64,000 bases of DNA. Origin: an uncultured delta proteobacterium (lineage in GTDB: Bacteria > Desulfobacterota > Binatia > Binatales > Binataceae). The stretch covers positions 928,001 to 992,000 of the forward strand of contig CAWJET010000001.1 in the NCBI GenBank assembly GCA_963842085.1, given 5' to 3'. The stretch's first letter is position 1, and each line of letters begins with the position of its first letter. Shown here one piece after another: positions 19,470 through 29,444 of the stretch. The notes below the pieces were generated by a model. The model saw nothing but the letters and a program-made list of their open reading frames with translations. It was not told where the DNA came from and ran no database searches. The position numbers and the translations under genes are program-made.

Positions 19470-19594
19470 GATGGTTCGTTTCGTCGAAATGTAACAGTGC
19501 TGCGAAGTGGGGTGCCTCGCATCTCCTACAACGTAACGAATTTACCGTCGAAGAAATATTCCCGGCCGGTCCTTCGCCACGAGCCATCGGCCGC

Positions 19595-20389
19595 TCACGC
19601 TGTCGCCCGTTCGATTTTTTGCATGTAGGGGTCGATATCGGGAGCGAATGCTGGATGTTTCGACAGTTTCGCGAAATGAGCCATAGCATCCGGAAACTGC
19701 TCGTCGACGTTCCCGCTCAGAATCGGCTCTAGTCCTCGCTTCTTCAGATCTCGGGCCCGCGGCTTCTCGTTATGGAACAGGCCGAGCTCAGCCACGAAGC
19801 ACACGTCGGCCAGGGTCAGGCGGTCGCCTACAATGAAACCTCGACCTGCCGAAAGTGCGAAGTTGATCCCGGCCATGTACACCGCGAATGCTTCGCGGGT
19901 TCGATGATAAATCTCCTCGGACAAGGATCCGCTGCCCAGCGCGAGCAGATAGATTTGTGAATCTCGCGCGAACACAAGACTTACGTCGAGAAAGCTGTCG
20001 ATCCGTGACGTTTCGTATGGATCCTTCCCATATAGCCCGAGCTTAACGTCACCGAGCCTGGCCACCGCGCGCATGATGCTGTTGGATTCGAAGATTCCTA
20101 CCTTGCCATCAGGGCTGAACGCCGCCGGCACGGTGCCAAACGGGTGCGCCTGGAGAAAGGCGGCAGTCTTATGGAGCTTGCCCTGGAAACCGGCGTGGCC
20201 GCTCACCTCGCTCGCCACCGTGGCGTCCGCCGCTGAGAACGGACGCGCATCGAAGTCCCATAGCCACGACTGAAGCTCTTTGGGCGAGGCTCCGCGCAAA
20301 TCGAGGTCGACGCCGGCCAGTCTCGCGACGATAGTTGCCTTCCAGATTCGCGGATTAGGCAAGTAGGAAAAAATTCGCAGTTGACTCAT
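19595..20389 (-). CDS. Glutathione S-transferase family (EF1B-gamma-like)
   Basis: HPFGTVPA, IFESNSIMRAV, VGDRLTLAD. Confidence 0.85.
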   Translation of the reverse strand: MSQLRIFSYLPNPRIWKATIVARLAGVDLDLRGASPKELQSWLWDFDARPFSAADATVASEVSGHAGFQGKLHKTAAFLQAHPFGTVPAAFSPDGKVGIFESNSIMRAVARLGDVKLGLYGKDPYETSRIDSFLDVSLVFARDSQIYLLALGSGSLSEEIYHRTREAFAVYMAGINFALSAGRGFIVGDRLTLADVCFVAELGLFHNEKPRARDLKKRGLEPILSGNVDEQFPDAMAHFAKLSKHPAFAPDIDPYMQKIERATA

Positions 20390-20396
20390 ATCGCTT

Positions 20397-21107
20397 TCAC
20401 CACGTTTCCTGGAAAGGCCTGACTTCGACGTTGAACGACCACGCGGACCGGTCCTGGTGAACCACGTGCCAAATCTCATCGGCAATCGCGGACGGCTGGA
20501 TGAAGAACGGGTCTTCCGCAGGCTTGGAAGTCATCGCCCGGGTCCATTCCAGGTCGATAACCGCGTCGATCACAACGTAGGCGACATGGACGCCCTTCGG
20601 TCCCAGTTCTCGGGCGATGGACTCGGCAAGTATCCGCTGCGCCGCTTTGGTAGGTGCGAATCCGGCGAAGCGAGGTTTTCCGCGCAGGGCTGAGGTGTTG
20701 CCGGTTACAATGATGGCCCCTTCTCCGGCCTCGACCATCGCCGGCGCCAGCAGCCGCGCCAGATACAACAGCGCCATCGTATTGACTTGAAAATTAAGAG
20801 CGAGGGCCTTCGGATCGATCTCCAGAAAATTGCCGAATGCGCCACCCACCGCGTTGTGGACCAACACTTTCGGCGCGCCTAGATCCCGCCGCACAGCCTC
20901 GATTACGGAATCGAGCTGAGTCTCATCGGTGACATCGCAGCTGTAGCCCCTCGCGTTCGGAATCTCGCGCTGAAGTGCATCGAGACGCTCACGCGTGCGC
21001 GCCAGCATCGCCACCTTGTATCCTCCGAGTGCGAATTTGCGCGAGATAGCCGCGCCAGTCCCAGGACCGACCCCAGTTACCAGAACTACCGGACCGTTTT
21101 CACTCAT
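20397..21107 (-). CDS. Short-chain dehydrogenase/reductase
   Basis: TGVGPGTG, HNAVG, GVHVAYVVIDAVID, WSFNVEVRP. Confidence 0.9.
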   Translation of the reverse strand: MSENGPVVLVTGVGPGTGAAISRKFALGGYKVAMLARTRERLDALQREIPNARGYSCDVTDETQLDSVIEAVRRDLGAPKVLVHNAVGGAFGNFLEIDPKALALNFQVNTMALLYLARLLAPAMVEAGEGAIIVTGNTSALRGKPRFAGFAPTKAAQRILAESIARELGPKGVHVAYVVIDAVIDLEWTRAMTSKPAEDPFFIQPSAIADEIWHVVHQDRSAWSFNVEVRPFQETW

Positions 21108-21153
21108 GATGATTGAATCCTCGCGCCCTCGCTTGAAATCGGGGTCTTCGAGT

Positions 21154-21756
21154 TCACTTTTGCGATGCGCTTTTCTTTAGGGTCGCCTCGAGGAAATCAA
21201 GGCGATCGTTTCCGAAGAACATCTCACTACCCACGACAAAGGTCGGCGAACCAAAGACTCCGCGGTCGGCAGCGAACTGAGTGTTCGACGCCAGACGTTT
21301 CGCGTATTCGTCTCCCTCCGCCTTCGTCAGAATTGAGTTTCCGTCCAGTCCGGCTGCTTCCAGGTACCGAACGACTTCGCCGCGGTCCGTGACATTCACC
21401 GCATCGGTCCAGAATGCGGAAAATACAGCTCGGTTGTATTGCTCTTCCAGATTCATTTCCTGTGCAACCAGTGCACCCCTCAAGGTCAGACTGTGATCGC
21501 CTCGAAGATGAGGATTCGCCTTGAACGGAACTTGATAGCGGGCGCACCATCTTCCGATGTCCTGCCCGGCGTACTTACGCTTGTTGCCGCAGATCACGGT
21601 TGTGGGAGTATTGCCCACGATCTTCATCAGATTGAGGAGATGCATCGGCCACATCTTGAAGCGCGCGCCGGTGCGGGCGGCGATACCATCAAGTTGCGTC
21701 CGGGCCAGATATGTATAGGGACTGATAAAGTCAAAGAAGAAATCCACGTCCGCCAT
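21154..21756 (-). CDS. 2-hydroxychromene-2-carboxylate isomerase / kappa-GST (DsbA-like)
   Basis: FFFDFISPYTYL, GVFGSPTF, FFGNDRL. Confidence 0.9.
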   Translation of the reverse strand: MADVDFFFDFISPYTYLARTQLDGIAARTGARFKMWPMHLLNLMKIVGNTPTTVICGNKRKYAGQDIGRWCARYQVPFKANPHLRGDHSLTLRGALVAQEMNLEEQYNRAVFSAFWTDAVNVTDRGEVVRYLEAAGLDGNSILTKAEGDEYAKRLASNTQFAADRGVFGSPTFVVGSEMFFGNDRLDFLEATLKKSASQK

Positions 21757-21829
21757 AATTCTTGCTCCTTGCTTGGTGATGGGCGCCGCGAGAGCCGGCG
21801 CGGTGTGACTGCCAATCAGCAACTCCGAG

Positions 21830-22303
21830 TCATGATGCCTCTGTCTGCGCGCCGTTATCCAAGAACTCCTGAAGCGCGAGCTCCAGGTTATGACTCGGTC
21901 TTTCCGAATCGCCGAGTTTAATCAGGGCGTAACGCTGGTCGTCGTCGAGAGCCGCCCATGCCTTGTCGTCGAGTTCAACACCGGCCACGCGTGCATGGTG
22001 GGCCAGTATCTGCGGCGGGCGATCGGGCGGATTGGCGGACCGGCGCGTATCGTCGGGGAGGGTCTTGGCCGGAGAGCCAGTACGTGCCAGCGCTACTTCT
22101 TCGATGAAGGTTCTCAGCGCACTCTGTTCCTCCTCTGAATCCGCGGGAGCGTGACAGATCATCAACCTTTCGCCGCGCCCGAGCTGCTCCCATTGCGCCA
22201 GATGAAGTTTAATCCCGACTGCATCCAGTTTTCTGCGTGCCGCCATCGGAAGACAATTGAGCCACTCGTAGATCTCAGCCTCAAACTTGAATTTCCGGAT
22301 CAT
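21830..22303 (-). CDS. Nitrate-reductase-associated protein family
   Basis: FKFEAE...CLPMAARRKLD..GIKLHLAQW, WAALDDDQRYALIKL, HNLELALQEF. Confidence 0.8.
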   Translation of the reverse strand: MIRKFKFEAEIYEWLNCLPMAARRKLDAVGIKLHLAQWEQLGRGERLMICHAPADSEEEQSALRTFIEEVALARTGSPAKTLPDDTRRSANPPDRPPQILAHHARVAGVELDDKAWAALDDDQRYALIKLGDSERPSHNLELALQEFLDNGAQTEAS

Positions 22304-22342
22304 CTTGATGCTCCTGCTGCGCCCGAGGTTCGTTCGGCAGCC

Positions 22343-22399
22343 TTGACAGATACTAGGTTCCAAAATAGAAGTTAGTCAAGAGCGGGTTCTAAAATAGAA
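22343..22399 (+). promoter_or_regulatory. Sigma70-like promoter with two operator copies in the divergent intergenic region
   Basis: TTGACA (22343) - 17 bp - TAGAAG (22366); TTCCAAAATAGAA 22358-22370 and TTCTAAAATAGAA 22387-22399. Confidence 0.7.
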
Positions 22400-22433
22400 G
22401 CGACGATCCCCGAATGCAAATCACTGGAGACGA

Positions 22434-23222
22434 ATGATGGGTAAGGTGCGTTTCGAAACGTCGGATGCTGTCGGCTTGATCACTTTGGCAAATCCACCGT
22501 TAAATCTGTTCGATCAGGAATTAATCGAAGATCTTCGAGCGGCTGTGGGCCAAGCCCGGCAGCATCCGCTCAGGGCGCTGCTTGTCCGCGCCGATGGCAA
22601 AAACTTCTCCGGCGGCGCCGATGTCGCGATTTTCAAGGGCAAGACCGCGATGCAAGCGCGCGAGCTCTTCACCAGCCATCTGCGAACGATCGCCGATCTC
22701 GAAGAATTGCCGTTTCCAACCATTGCTGCCGTGCAGGGGGCTTGCATGGCGGCGGGACTGGAACTTGCCCTGGCATGCGATCTCATATGGGCGGCTTCTT
22801 CGGCCCGCTTCGGGCAGGTCGAGGCGTCGATTGGAACGACCACGCTGCTGGGCGGCGTTCAACGTCTGGCTGAGCGCGCGGGCCCGAGTCGCGCGCGCGA
22901 AATTATCTACACCGCCGATCAATACGACGCCGCGACGTTTGAGCGATGGAATATCGTGAACAGAGTTGTTCCCGACGAAAACTTTGAGGCGGATATACGA
23001 GCCTTTGCCGAGCGACTCGCGAGTGGGGCGACTCTCGCCTATGCGGCCGGCAAGAAGTTCGTACGAGCATACTTGGAGAGCGGCATCCGTGCGGCCGACG
23101 CCCTGGTCGACGAGATCGCACCCGCACTGTTCGAAACGGCTGACATGCGCGCAGGTGTTGATGGCCTGATCGAACATGGGCCTCGCCAGTTTCGCAACAA
23201 GATCGTCTTTCAGGGTCGCTAA
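22434..23222 (+). CDS. Enoyl-CoA hydratase/isomerase family
   Basis: NPPLN, FSGGAD, AAGLELALACD, GGVQRL. Confidence 0.9.
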   Translation: MMGKVRFETSDAVGLITLANPPLNLFDQELIEDLRAAVGQARQHPLRALLVRADGKNFSGGADVAIFKGKTAMQARELFTSHLRTIADLEELPFPTIAAVQGACMAAGLELALACDLIWAASSARFGQVEASIGTTTLLGGVQRLAERAGPSRAREIIYTADQYDAATFERWNIVNRVVPDENFEADIRAFAERLASGATLAYAAGKKFVRAYLESGIRAADALVDEIAPALFETADMRAGVDGLIEHGPRQFRNKIVFQGR

Positions 23223-23292
23223 TTATCTTGATGTCCACCTGCCAAGACCTGAGTCAATCGAGGATTGCGATTGATTGGAGGAGAGATCGAAC

Positions 23293-24057
23293 ATGAAACC
23301 TGTTTGTTTGGTGATAGGCGCCGGTGCGGGTATCGGTGGAAATGTCGCTCGACGCTTTGCACAAGAGGGCTATCACGCTTGTCTGTGTCGGCGCAGCGAC
23401 TTGGACGGGTTGAATAGAATGGTGGACGCGATCAAGAACGACGGAGGTTCGGCAACCGGATTTCTCCTCAATGCGATCGAGGCAAACTCAATCGAAGAGA
23501 GGGTTGCCACCATCGAAGCCGACATTGGTCCGATAGAAGTCGTGGTTTACAACCTGGGCGCCCAGATTGGCGACAGGGCATTGAAGGACACATCGCTCAA
23601 GGCTTTTGAAACAGGCTGGCGCCTGGGGACGTTCGGTCTGTTTCGCCTCGCATCGGCCGTATGCCCGCTGATGGAAGCGCGCGGCAAGGGAACAATCCTC
23701 GTGACCTCGGCGACGGCGGCGATGCGTGGGAACGGCGGGCAGCATTCCCATGCGGCGGCGATGGGTGGGCGGCGAATGCTGTGCCAGACACTCAACGCAG
23801 AATTCGCATCGAAAGGAATCCACGTCGTACATATCGTGATCGACGGCGCTGTGGATGCTCCCGACACTCTTGGGAAAATGCTCGGGCCGGAAAAGTTCCA
23901 ACAGCTGAGAGAAACCCGAGGCAACGAACATGATGGACTGATGCTTCCCACGCAGATAGCCGAGACCTACCTGCACCTCGCGCGACAACACCGATCCACG
24001 TGGACCTTCGAGATCGACCTGCGGGCATTCTCCGATCGTCCATGGTGGAATCACTGA
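23293..24057 (+). CDS. Short-chain dehydrogenase/reductase
   Basis: IGAGAGIG, YNLGA, GIHVVHIVIDG, WTFEIDLR. Confidence 0.9.
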   Translation: MKPVCLVIGAGAGIGGNVARRFAQEGYHACLCRRSDLDGLNRMVDAIKNDGGSATGFLLNAIEANSIEERVATIEADIGPIEVVVYNLGAQIGDRALKDTSLKAFETGWRLGTFGLFRLASAVCPLMEARGKGTILVTSATAAMRGNGGQHSHAAAMGGRRMLCQTLNAEFASKGIHVVHIVIDGAVDAPDTLGKMLGPEKFQQLRETRGNEHDGLMLPTQIAETYLHLARQHRSTWTFEIDLRAFSDRPWWNH

Positions 24058-24117
24058 ATAACTCCGACCGAACCTGCCTCTGATTTATCTCCTTGAAGAC
24101 GCATAGGAGCACGGAAC

Positions 24118-24900
24118 ATGACTCAATCCGATCAACGCGACGCTCAACCTTCCGAGCAAGACGTTGCCCTCATCGTTGGGGGCGGCCCCGGCATCAGTTC
24201 AAGTTGCGCCAGACTGTTCGCTAAAAACGGGATGCGTGTCGCCATCGCAGCGAGGAGTGCGGATAAACCGGTCCTGCTGAGTCTTGAGAAAACGCACGGC
24301 GTGCGCCGATACGCATGCGATGCGAGCGAACCAGCGGCCGTGGAGCTGCTCTTCCAGAATGTTGTTCGGGACCTGGGGGTTCCCACTCTGGTCGTACACA
24401 ACATTGACGGCCGGGTTGCTGAGATATTTCGCAAGCAGATTATCGAAGCTGACCCGAGCGTCGCGCTCGCGACCCTTCGGAACTCAGCTTTCAGTGCGTT
24501 TTTAGTTGGTCAGCAGGCAGCTCGGCTGATGCGCGAAAACAAAGCCAATGCCAACGGCGCGAGAGGAACGATCATCTTCACCAACGCAAGCGCAGCCCTC
24601 AAAGGCTTCCCTTTGAGCGGCGCCTTTGCGATGGCGTGCCAGGCAAAGTCTGGACTCGCACAAAGCATGGCAAGGGAACTGATGCCACAGGGTATCCATG
24701 TAGCAAATGTGCCGATCGACGCCGCGGTTGGCTGGAGGCAGGAAGACGGTACCCGCGCGCATCGACTGGCGGGAACAAATGTCGACGACAACATGGCCGA
24801 CCCGGACCGCATCGCGGAAACCTATCTGCAACTGCATCGCCAGCATCGGTCAACTTGGGCGTTCGAGGTGGTGCTACGACCATGGGTCGAGAAATGGTAG
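24118..24900 (+). CDS. Short-chain dehydrogenase/reductase
   Basis: VGGGPGIS, TIIFTNASA, GIHVANVPID, WAFEVVLRPW. Confidence 0.9.
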   Translation: MTQSDQRDAQPSEQDVALIVGGGPGISSSCARLFAKNGMRVAIAARSADKPVLLSLEKTHGVRRYACDASEPAAVELLFQNVVRDLGVPTLVVHNIDGRVAEIFRKQIIEADPSVALATLRNSAFSAFLVGQQAARLMRENKANANGARGTIIFTNASAALKGFPLSGAFAMACQAKSGLAQSMARELMPQGIHVANVPIDAAVGWRQEDGTRAHRLAGTNVDDNMADPDRIAETYLQLHRQHRSTWAFEVVLRPWVEKW

Positions 24901-24936
24901 CTGGCGCTCGCAACGGCGACCAGATCTTCGCGCCAG

Positions 24937-24949
24937 ATCCAAAATAGAA
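24937..24949. promoter_or_regulatory. Putative HxlR operator
   Basis: CAG-ATCCAAAATAGAA-CTG upstream of the SDR at 24989. Confidence 0.55.
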
Positions 24950-24988
24950 CTGACGCTCTACCAATTAGCATTCCACGGAGGATTTCTC

Positions 24989-25801
24989 ATGCCGCAGAAC
25001 AATAAAGTGGCAATTGTGACGGGGGCGTCTACGGGAATCGGGCAGGCCTCCGCGAAGGCGCTGCATCAAGCTGGATTCCGCGTGTTCGGCACCAGCCGGC
25101 GGGCCGTCGCAAGTGTCAGCGAGGGGATCGCGATGATCACCTGTGATGTGACGGACGGGGCCTCGGTGAAGAAGGTCGTCGAAAAAGTGCTCGACACGAC
25201 GGGCAGGATTGACATCCTGGTCAACAATGCAGGGATGGGCCTGCTTGGAGGAGCTGAAGAGTCTTCGATCGACCAAGCTCAAGCATTGTTCGACGTAAAT
25301 CTTTTTGGAGTGATCCGCGCGACTAATGCTGTCCTGCCGGCCATGCGAGATCAGAAAGCCGGGAGGATCGTCAATATTAGTTCGGTCCTTGGCCTGATAC
25401 CTGCCCCCTTCTCGGCTCTCTACTCGGCCACGAAGCACGCCCTCGAAGGCTATTCGGAGTCGCTTGATCATGAGGTGCGGAGCTTCGGCATTCGGGTGTG
25501 CCTGCTGGAGCCGGCGTATACCCGCACGTCCTTCGAACAGAACATGGCGCTTCCCGATCGGACACTGGACGCATACGCCACGGCGCGAGCAGGGGCGAAT
25601 GCACTCATTCACGATGCGATGAATACGGCCGACGCTCCTGAGGTTGTGGTCGAGAGCTTAATCGAGGCCGCGACCGCTGCATCGCCGAGGCCGCGATACA
25701 CGTGCGGCAAGGTTGCCCGCCAGGTGAGCGTCCTTCGTCGTTTTGTCCCCGAGCGTATGTTCGACAAAAGTCTTCGCAAGCAGATGCGTTTGCCTGCGTA
25801 A
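24989..25801 (+). CDS. Classical SDR oxidoreductase
   Basis: TGASTGIG, NNAG, YSATK; GGAGG RBS before ATG 24989. Confidence 0.9.
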   Translation: MPQNNKVAIVTGASTGIGQASAKALHQAGFRVFGTSRRAVASVSEGIAMITCDVTDGASVKKVVEKVLDTTGRIDILVNNAGMGLLGGAEESSIDQAQALFDVNLFGVIRATNAVLPAMRDQKAGRIVNISSVLGLIPAPFSALYSATKHALEGYSESLDHEVRSFGIRVCLLEPAYTRTSFEQNMALPDRTLDAYATARAGANALIHDAMNTADAPEVVVESLIEAATAASPRPRYTCGKVARQVSVLRRFVPERMFDKSLRKQMRLPA

Positions 25802-25838
25802 TCCACTTGGTTCATCCGTTTGCGATCGGCGTTCGCTC

Positions 25839-25893
25839 TTGACTCGGCAGTGGGTTCCAAAATAGAAGTTATTAAGAAGCTTCCAGGATAGAA
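25839..25893 (+). promoter_or_regulatory. moaA promoter with two operator copies
   Basis: TTGACT (25839); TTCCAAAATAGAA 25855-25867; TTCCAGGATAGAA 25881-25893. Confidence 0.65.
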
Positions 25894-25908
25894 GCCACTC
25901 TCGGGAAT

Positions 25909-26904
25909 ATGCCGCGAGACCTTTTCAACCGCGAAATCGATTACCTTCGCATCTCAGTGATCGACCGCTGCAATTTGCGCTGCGTTTATTGCATGCCGCT
26001 GAATGGAATTCGCTTCCTGCCCAAGGCCGATTTGCTTACTCCCGCTGAAATCGAGGCAGTCGTGCAGGCGGCGGTGAGCGTCGGATTCAGAAAGTTCCGC
26101 CTGACCGGCGGCGAACCGACGCTCCGTCTCGACCTGCTCGAAATCGTCGAGCGGATCGCAAGGGTTCCTGGCGTGGGCGATCTTGCCTTGACCACCAACG
26201 CGATACTGATGCGTGAACTGGCGGGTGCGCTCAAAGCCGCGGGCCTCAGCCGGGTCAACGTCCACCTGGACAGCCTCATCCCTGTCACCGTCGAGCGCCA
26301 AATGCGCGGGGCAACCTTTGCCCAGATCTGGCAAGGCATCGAAGCCTGCGAAGCGGCGGGGCTGACACCGATCAAGATCAACGCCGTCGTCACGGCCGGA
26401 TACAACGAGGCCGACGTGGTCGAACTTGCGCGGCTGACGTTGACGCGCGACTGGCACGTGCGGTTCATCGAGCTGATGCCGCTGGGCGGCGGCGAATGCG
26501 CCACGCTCTCAGTGAAGCGCTACGTCTCCAACATCGAAACGCGGCGACGCATAGAGACGGCGCTGGGGCCCCTGTTCGAGTTCGAGGGCGCGAGTTCGTC
26601 GGACGAAGCGCGCAACTTCGGGCTACCAGGCGGCCGCGGCGTCATCGGCTTCATCAGCCCGGTAAGCGAACCGTATTGCGGTACTTGCAACCGGATGCGT
26701 CTTACCGCCGACGGAAAGTTTCATCTTTGCCTGCTCAATGACGACGAACTTGACGTACGTCGCGCGCTGCGTTCGGCGCGGGGAGATGGTCTCGACGAAG
26801 TGGCGCGAATTCTCCTGCGTGCGGTTGAGTTGAAGCCGACCGGCCATCACCTACTCAACGGCCGTTCGACCCGCGAACGTTCGATGTATCAGATCGGTGG
26901 ATAG
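25909..26904 (+). CDS. moaA: GTP 3',8-cyclase MoaA
   Basis: YLRISVIDRCNLRCVYCMP, TGGEP, CGTCNRMRLTADG..LCL, C-terminal IGG. Confidence 0.95.
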   Translation: MPRDLFNREIDYLRISVIDRCNLRCVYCMPLNGIRFLPKADLLTPAEIEAVVQAAVSVGFRKFRLTGGEPTLRLDLLEIVERIARVPGVGDLALTTNAILMRELAGALKAAGLSRVNVHLDSLIPVTVERQMRGATFAQIWQGIEACEAAGLTPIKINAVVTAGYNEADVVELARLTLTRDWHVRFIELMPLGGGECATLSVKRYVSNIETRRRIETALGPLFEFEGASSSDEARNFGLPGGRGVIGFISPVSEPYCGTCNRMRLTADGKFHLCLLNDDELDVRRALRSARGDGLDEVARILLRAVELKPTGHHLLNGRSTRERSMYQIGG

Positions 26905-26984
26905 CGCGAAGGGAAAATCAACAATCAGCGTTTGCTGCTCAGGCAGGCGAGCGAGAAACAACGTTCAGGTTCATGGAGGTCGCA

Positions 26985-29318
26985 ATGTCAGCTAATCTCC
27001 CCATTTCCGGTCTCGCCAACTCAGATTGGAAGTCCACAGCGTGCATTCTTTGTGAGTGCAACTGCGGTGTCGAAGTTCAACTCGGCGGCAAAGACGGCCG
27101 CCACTTGGTGAAAGTGCGCGGCGACGACGCGCATCCCGCGTCAAAAGGCTATGCCTGCGAGAAGGCCCATCGACTCGATTTCTATCAGAACGGCCCCCAT
27201 CGGCTGACGAAGCCGCTACGTCGGCGCAGTGACGGGAGCTTCGAAGAGATCGAATGGGACATCGCGATCGCGGAAGTGGCGGAACGTTTTTCGGCGCTGC
27301 GCAAAGAGCATGGCGGCGAGACGATCTTCTACTACGGTGGCGGAGGCCAGGGTAACCACTTTCCCGCTGTCTATGGCAACACAACCCGCGCGGCCCTTGG
27401 CTCCGTCCATCGCGCGAACGCGCTTTCCCAGGAGAAGACCGGGGAGTTCTGGGTCGCGACGAAGATGGTTGGGTTCTATACGAGGAGCGACTTCCACAAC
27501 TGCGAGGTCGCCTTTTTCCTTGGAAAGAACCCATGGATGTCCCACAGCATCCCGCAAGCGCGGGTTACGCTGAAGGAGATCGCCAAAGACCCTGCGCGCT
27601 GCCTGATCGTAGTAGACCCTCGCCGCACCGAGAGCGCCGAACTGGCCGATATCCACCTGCAGGTAAAACCCGGCACGGACGCGTGGCTGCTGGCCGCGAT
27701 GCTTGGTGTCTTGGTGCAGGAAAAACTCATTGCCGGCGAGTGGCTGGCTCTGCATGCGAATGGACTCGGCGAGGTAATGCCTCACTTTGCCGACCTGCCG
27801 ATAGCGAAATATTGCGAAGCTTGTGGCGTGCCCGAGGAACTGGCGCGCAAGGCGGCGAGGCGGATAGCGTCGGCCGCGAGTGTGGCCTCTTTCGAGGATC
27901 TCGGCGTGCAGATGAACCGGCATTCCACGCTGGTGTCCTATCTTCACAAGCTGCTGATGCTGCTGACCGGCAATTTCGGAAAGAAAGGATCCTCGTACAT
28001 TCCGACAATGATGGCGCCGTTTACGGTCGGACATGAGGGCGGAGCGGGAACCGAAGTAATATCGTCGGATGACCGACAGGGGGCGGGACTCAAAAAAGGC
28101 ACTCCCGTTACAGGTTCGCGCCTGATCGGAGGTCTAACGCCTTGCAACGTGATTCCGGATGAGATCCTCACGGACCATCCGAAGCGATTTCGCGCGATGC
28201 TGGTCGAGAGCGGCAACCCCGCACACTCGGTGGCAGACGCCGCGCGCATGCGTGAGGCGCTCGCGTCGCTCGAGCTGCTGGTAGTAATCGACGTCGCCTT
28301 CACGGAGACAGCTCGCCTCGCGCATTACGTGCTCCCCGTCGCGAGCCAATTCGAGAAGGCTGAGGCCACGTTCTTCAATTTCGAGTTCCCGGAGAACTAC
28401 TTCCATGTTCGCAAGCCGCTGATGGCGCCATTGCCGGGCCTGTTCTCCGAAGCTGAACTACACTGTCGGGTTCTCGAAGCCCTCGGCGAGTTGTCCGCTG
28501 AACCGATTGCCGCGTTGCGTGCCGCCTGGAAGGAAGGCCGCAAATCTTTCAGGAAGAAGTTCACCGAGCTCGCAATGAGCCATCCTCGCGTGATCGCGCT
28601 CGCGCCAGCTCTGCTATATCGAGCGATAGGCGACCAGCTGCCGGAAGGATTGGCAGAAGCCGCGGGGGTATGGCTGCTATGCCAAAGCGCAGCACAAACC
28701 CAAAGAGCTTCTCTGGCCCGCGCCGGATTCACCGGCGAGCCGGGTGAGGCCGGCGATGCGTTGTTCGATGCGATCCTGGCCGCCAAAAGCGGAGTGGTAT
28801 TCGCGATCGACAATTGGGATGAGTGCTTCGAGCGATTGCGCACGCCCAACCATAAGGTGCAGCTGGCAGTTCCCGAACTGTTCGCGGAACTCGACGCGCT
28901 TGCCACCGCGACCCCGTCGCTTGCGACGACAGAGTTTCCGTTCATGCTCTCTGCCGGCGAACGGCGCTCCTTCACCGCCAACACGATCATCCGCAACCCC
29001 GACTGGCGAAAGAAGGATGCCGGCGGGGCGCTAAACATCAACCCTGAGGACGCCAAGAGCATCGGTGTTGCAGATGGCAAACGCGCGAGGCTCACCACCC
29101 GGCGCGGCAGCGTCGAGGTATTGGTGAATGTCTCTGACCGCATGCAGCGCGGCCACCTCTCCTTGCCAAATGGACTCGGCCTTGACTTTCCTGCAGCAGA
29201 CGGCCGGAGAGTCTCGGCTGGCGTTGGACCCAACGAGCTTACGCGCAGCGAGGATCGGGACTGGGTCGCCGGCACGCCCTGGCATAAGAGCACGCCCGCG
29301 CGGGTGGAGGCTCTATAA
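26985..29318 (+). CDS. Molybdopterin-dependent oxidoreductase (DMSO reductase superfamily, 4Fe-4S), substrate unknown
   Basis: CILCECNCG...YACEK, VVDPRRTES, PGTD, TETARLAHYVLP, C-terminal molybdopterin-binding domain; alternative start 26973. Confidence 0.9.
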   Translation: MSANLPISGLANSDWKSTACILCECNCGVEVQLGGKDGRHLVKVRGDDAHPASKGYACEKAHRLDFYQNGPHRLTKPLRRRSDGSFEEIEWDIAIAEVAERFSALRKEHGGETIFYYGGGGQGNHFPAVYGNTTRAALGSVHRANALSQEKTGEFWVATKMVGFYTRSDFHNCEVAFFLGKNPWMSHSIPQARVTLKEIAKDPARCLIVVDPRRTESAELADIHLQVKPGTDAWLLAAMLGVLVQEKLIAGEWLALHANGLGEVMPHFADLPIAKYCEACGVPEELARKAARRIASAASVASFEDLGVQMNRHSTLVSYLHKLLMLLTGNFGKKGSSYIPTMMAPFTVGHEGGAGTEVISSDDRQGAGLKKGTPVTGSRLIGGLTPCNVIPDEILTDHPKRFRAMLVESGNPAHSVADAARMREALASLELLVVIDVAFTETARLAHYVLPVASQFEKAEATFFNFEFPENYFHVRKPLMAPLPGLFSEAELHCRVLEALGELSAEPIAALRAAWKEGRKSFRKKFTELAMSHPRVIALAPALLYRAIGDQLPEGLAEAAGVWLLCQSAAQTQRASLARAGFTGEPGEAGDALFDAILAAKSGVVFAIDNWDECFERLRTPNHKVQLAVPELFAELDALATATPSLATTEFPFMLSAGERRSFTANTIIRNPDWRKKDAGGALNINPEDAKSIGVADGKRARLTTRRGSVEVLVNVSDRMQRGHLSLPNGLGLDFPAADGRRVSAGVGPNELTRSEDRDWVAGTPWHKSTPARVEAL

Positions 29319-29444
29319 GCGCGCCGCGCCGGCGAGAATGCTCCGCCGAATCCCATAAATGGAGTGGGACCCTCTGGAACCGCTCCATTCGCGACCTTCG
29401 GCAGAGCACCTGAATCGTTAAGCAACCCGGAGGAAGGAAAACCG

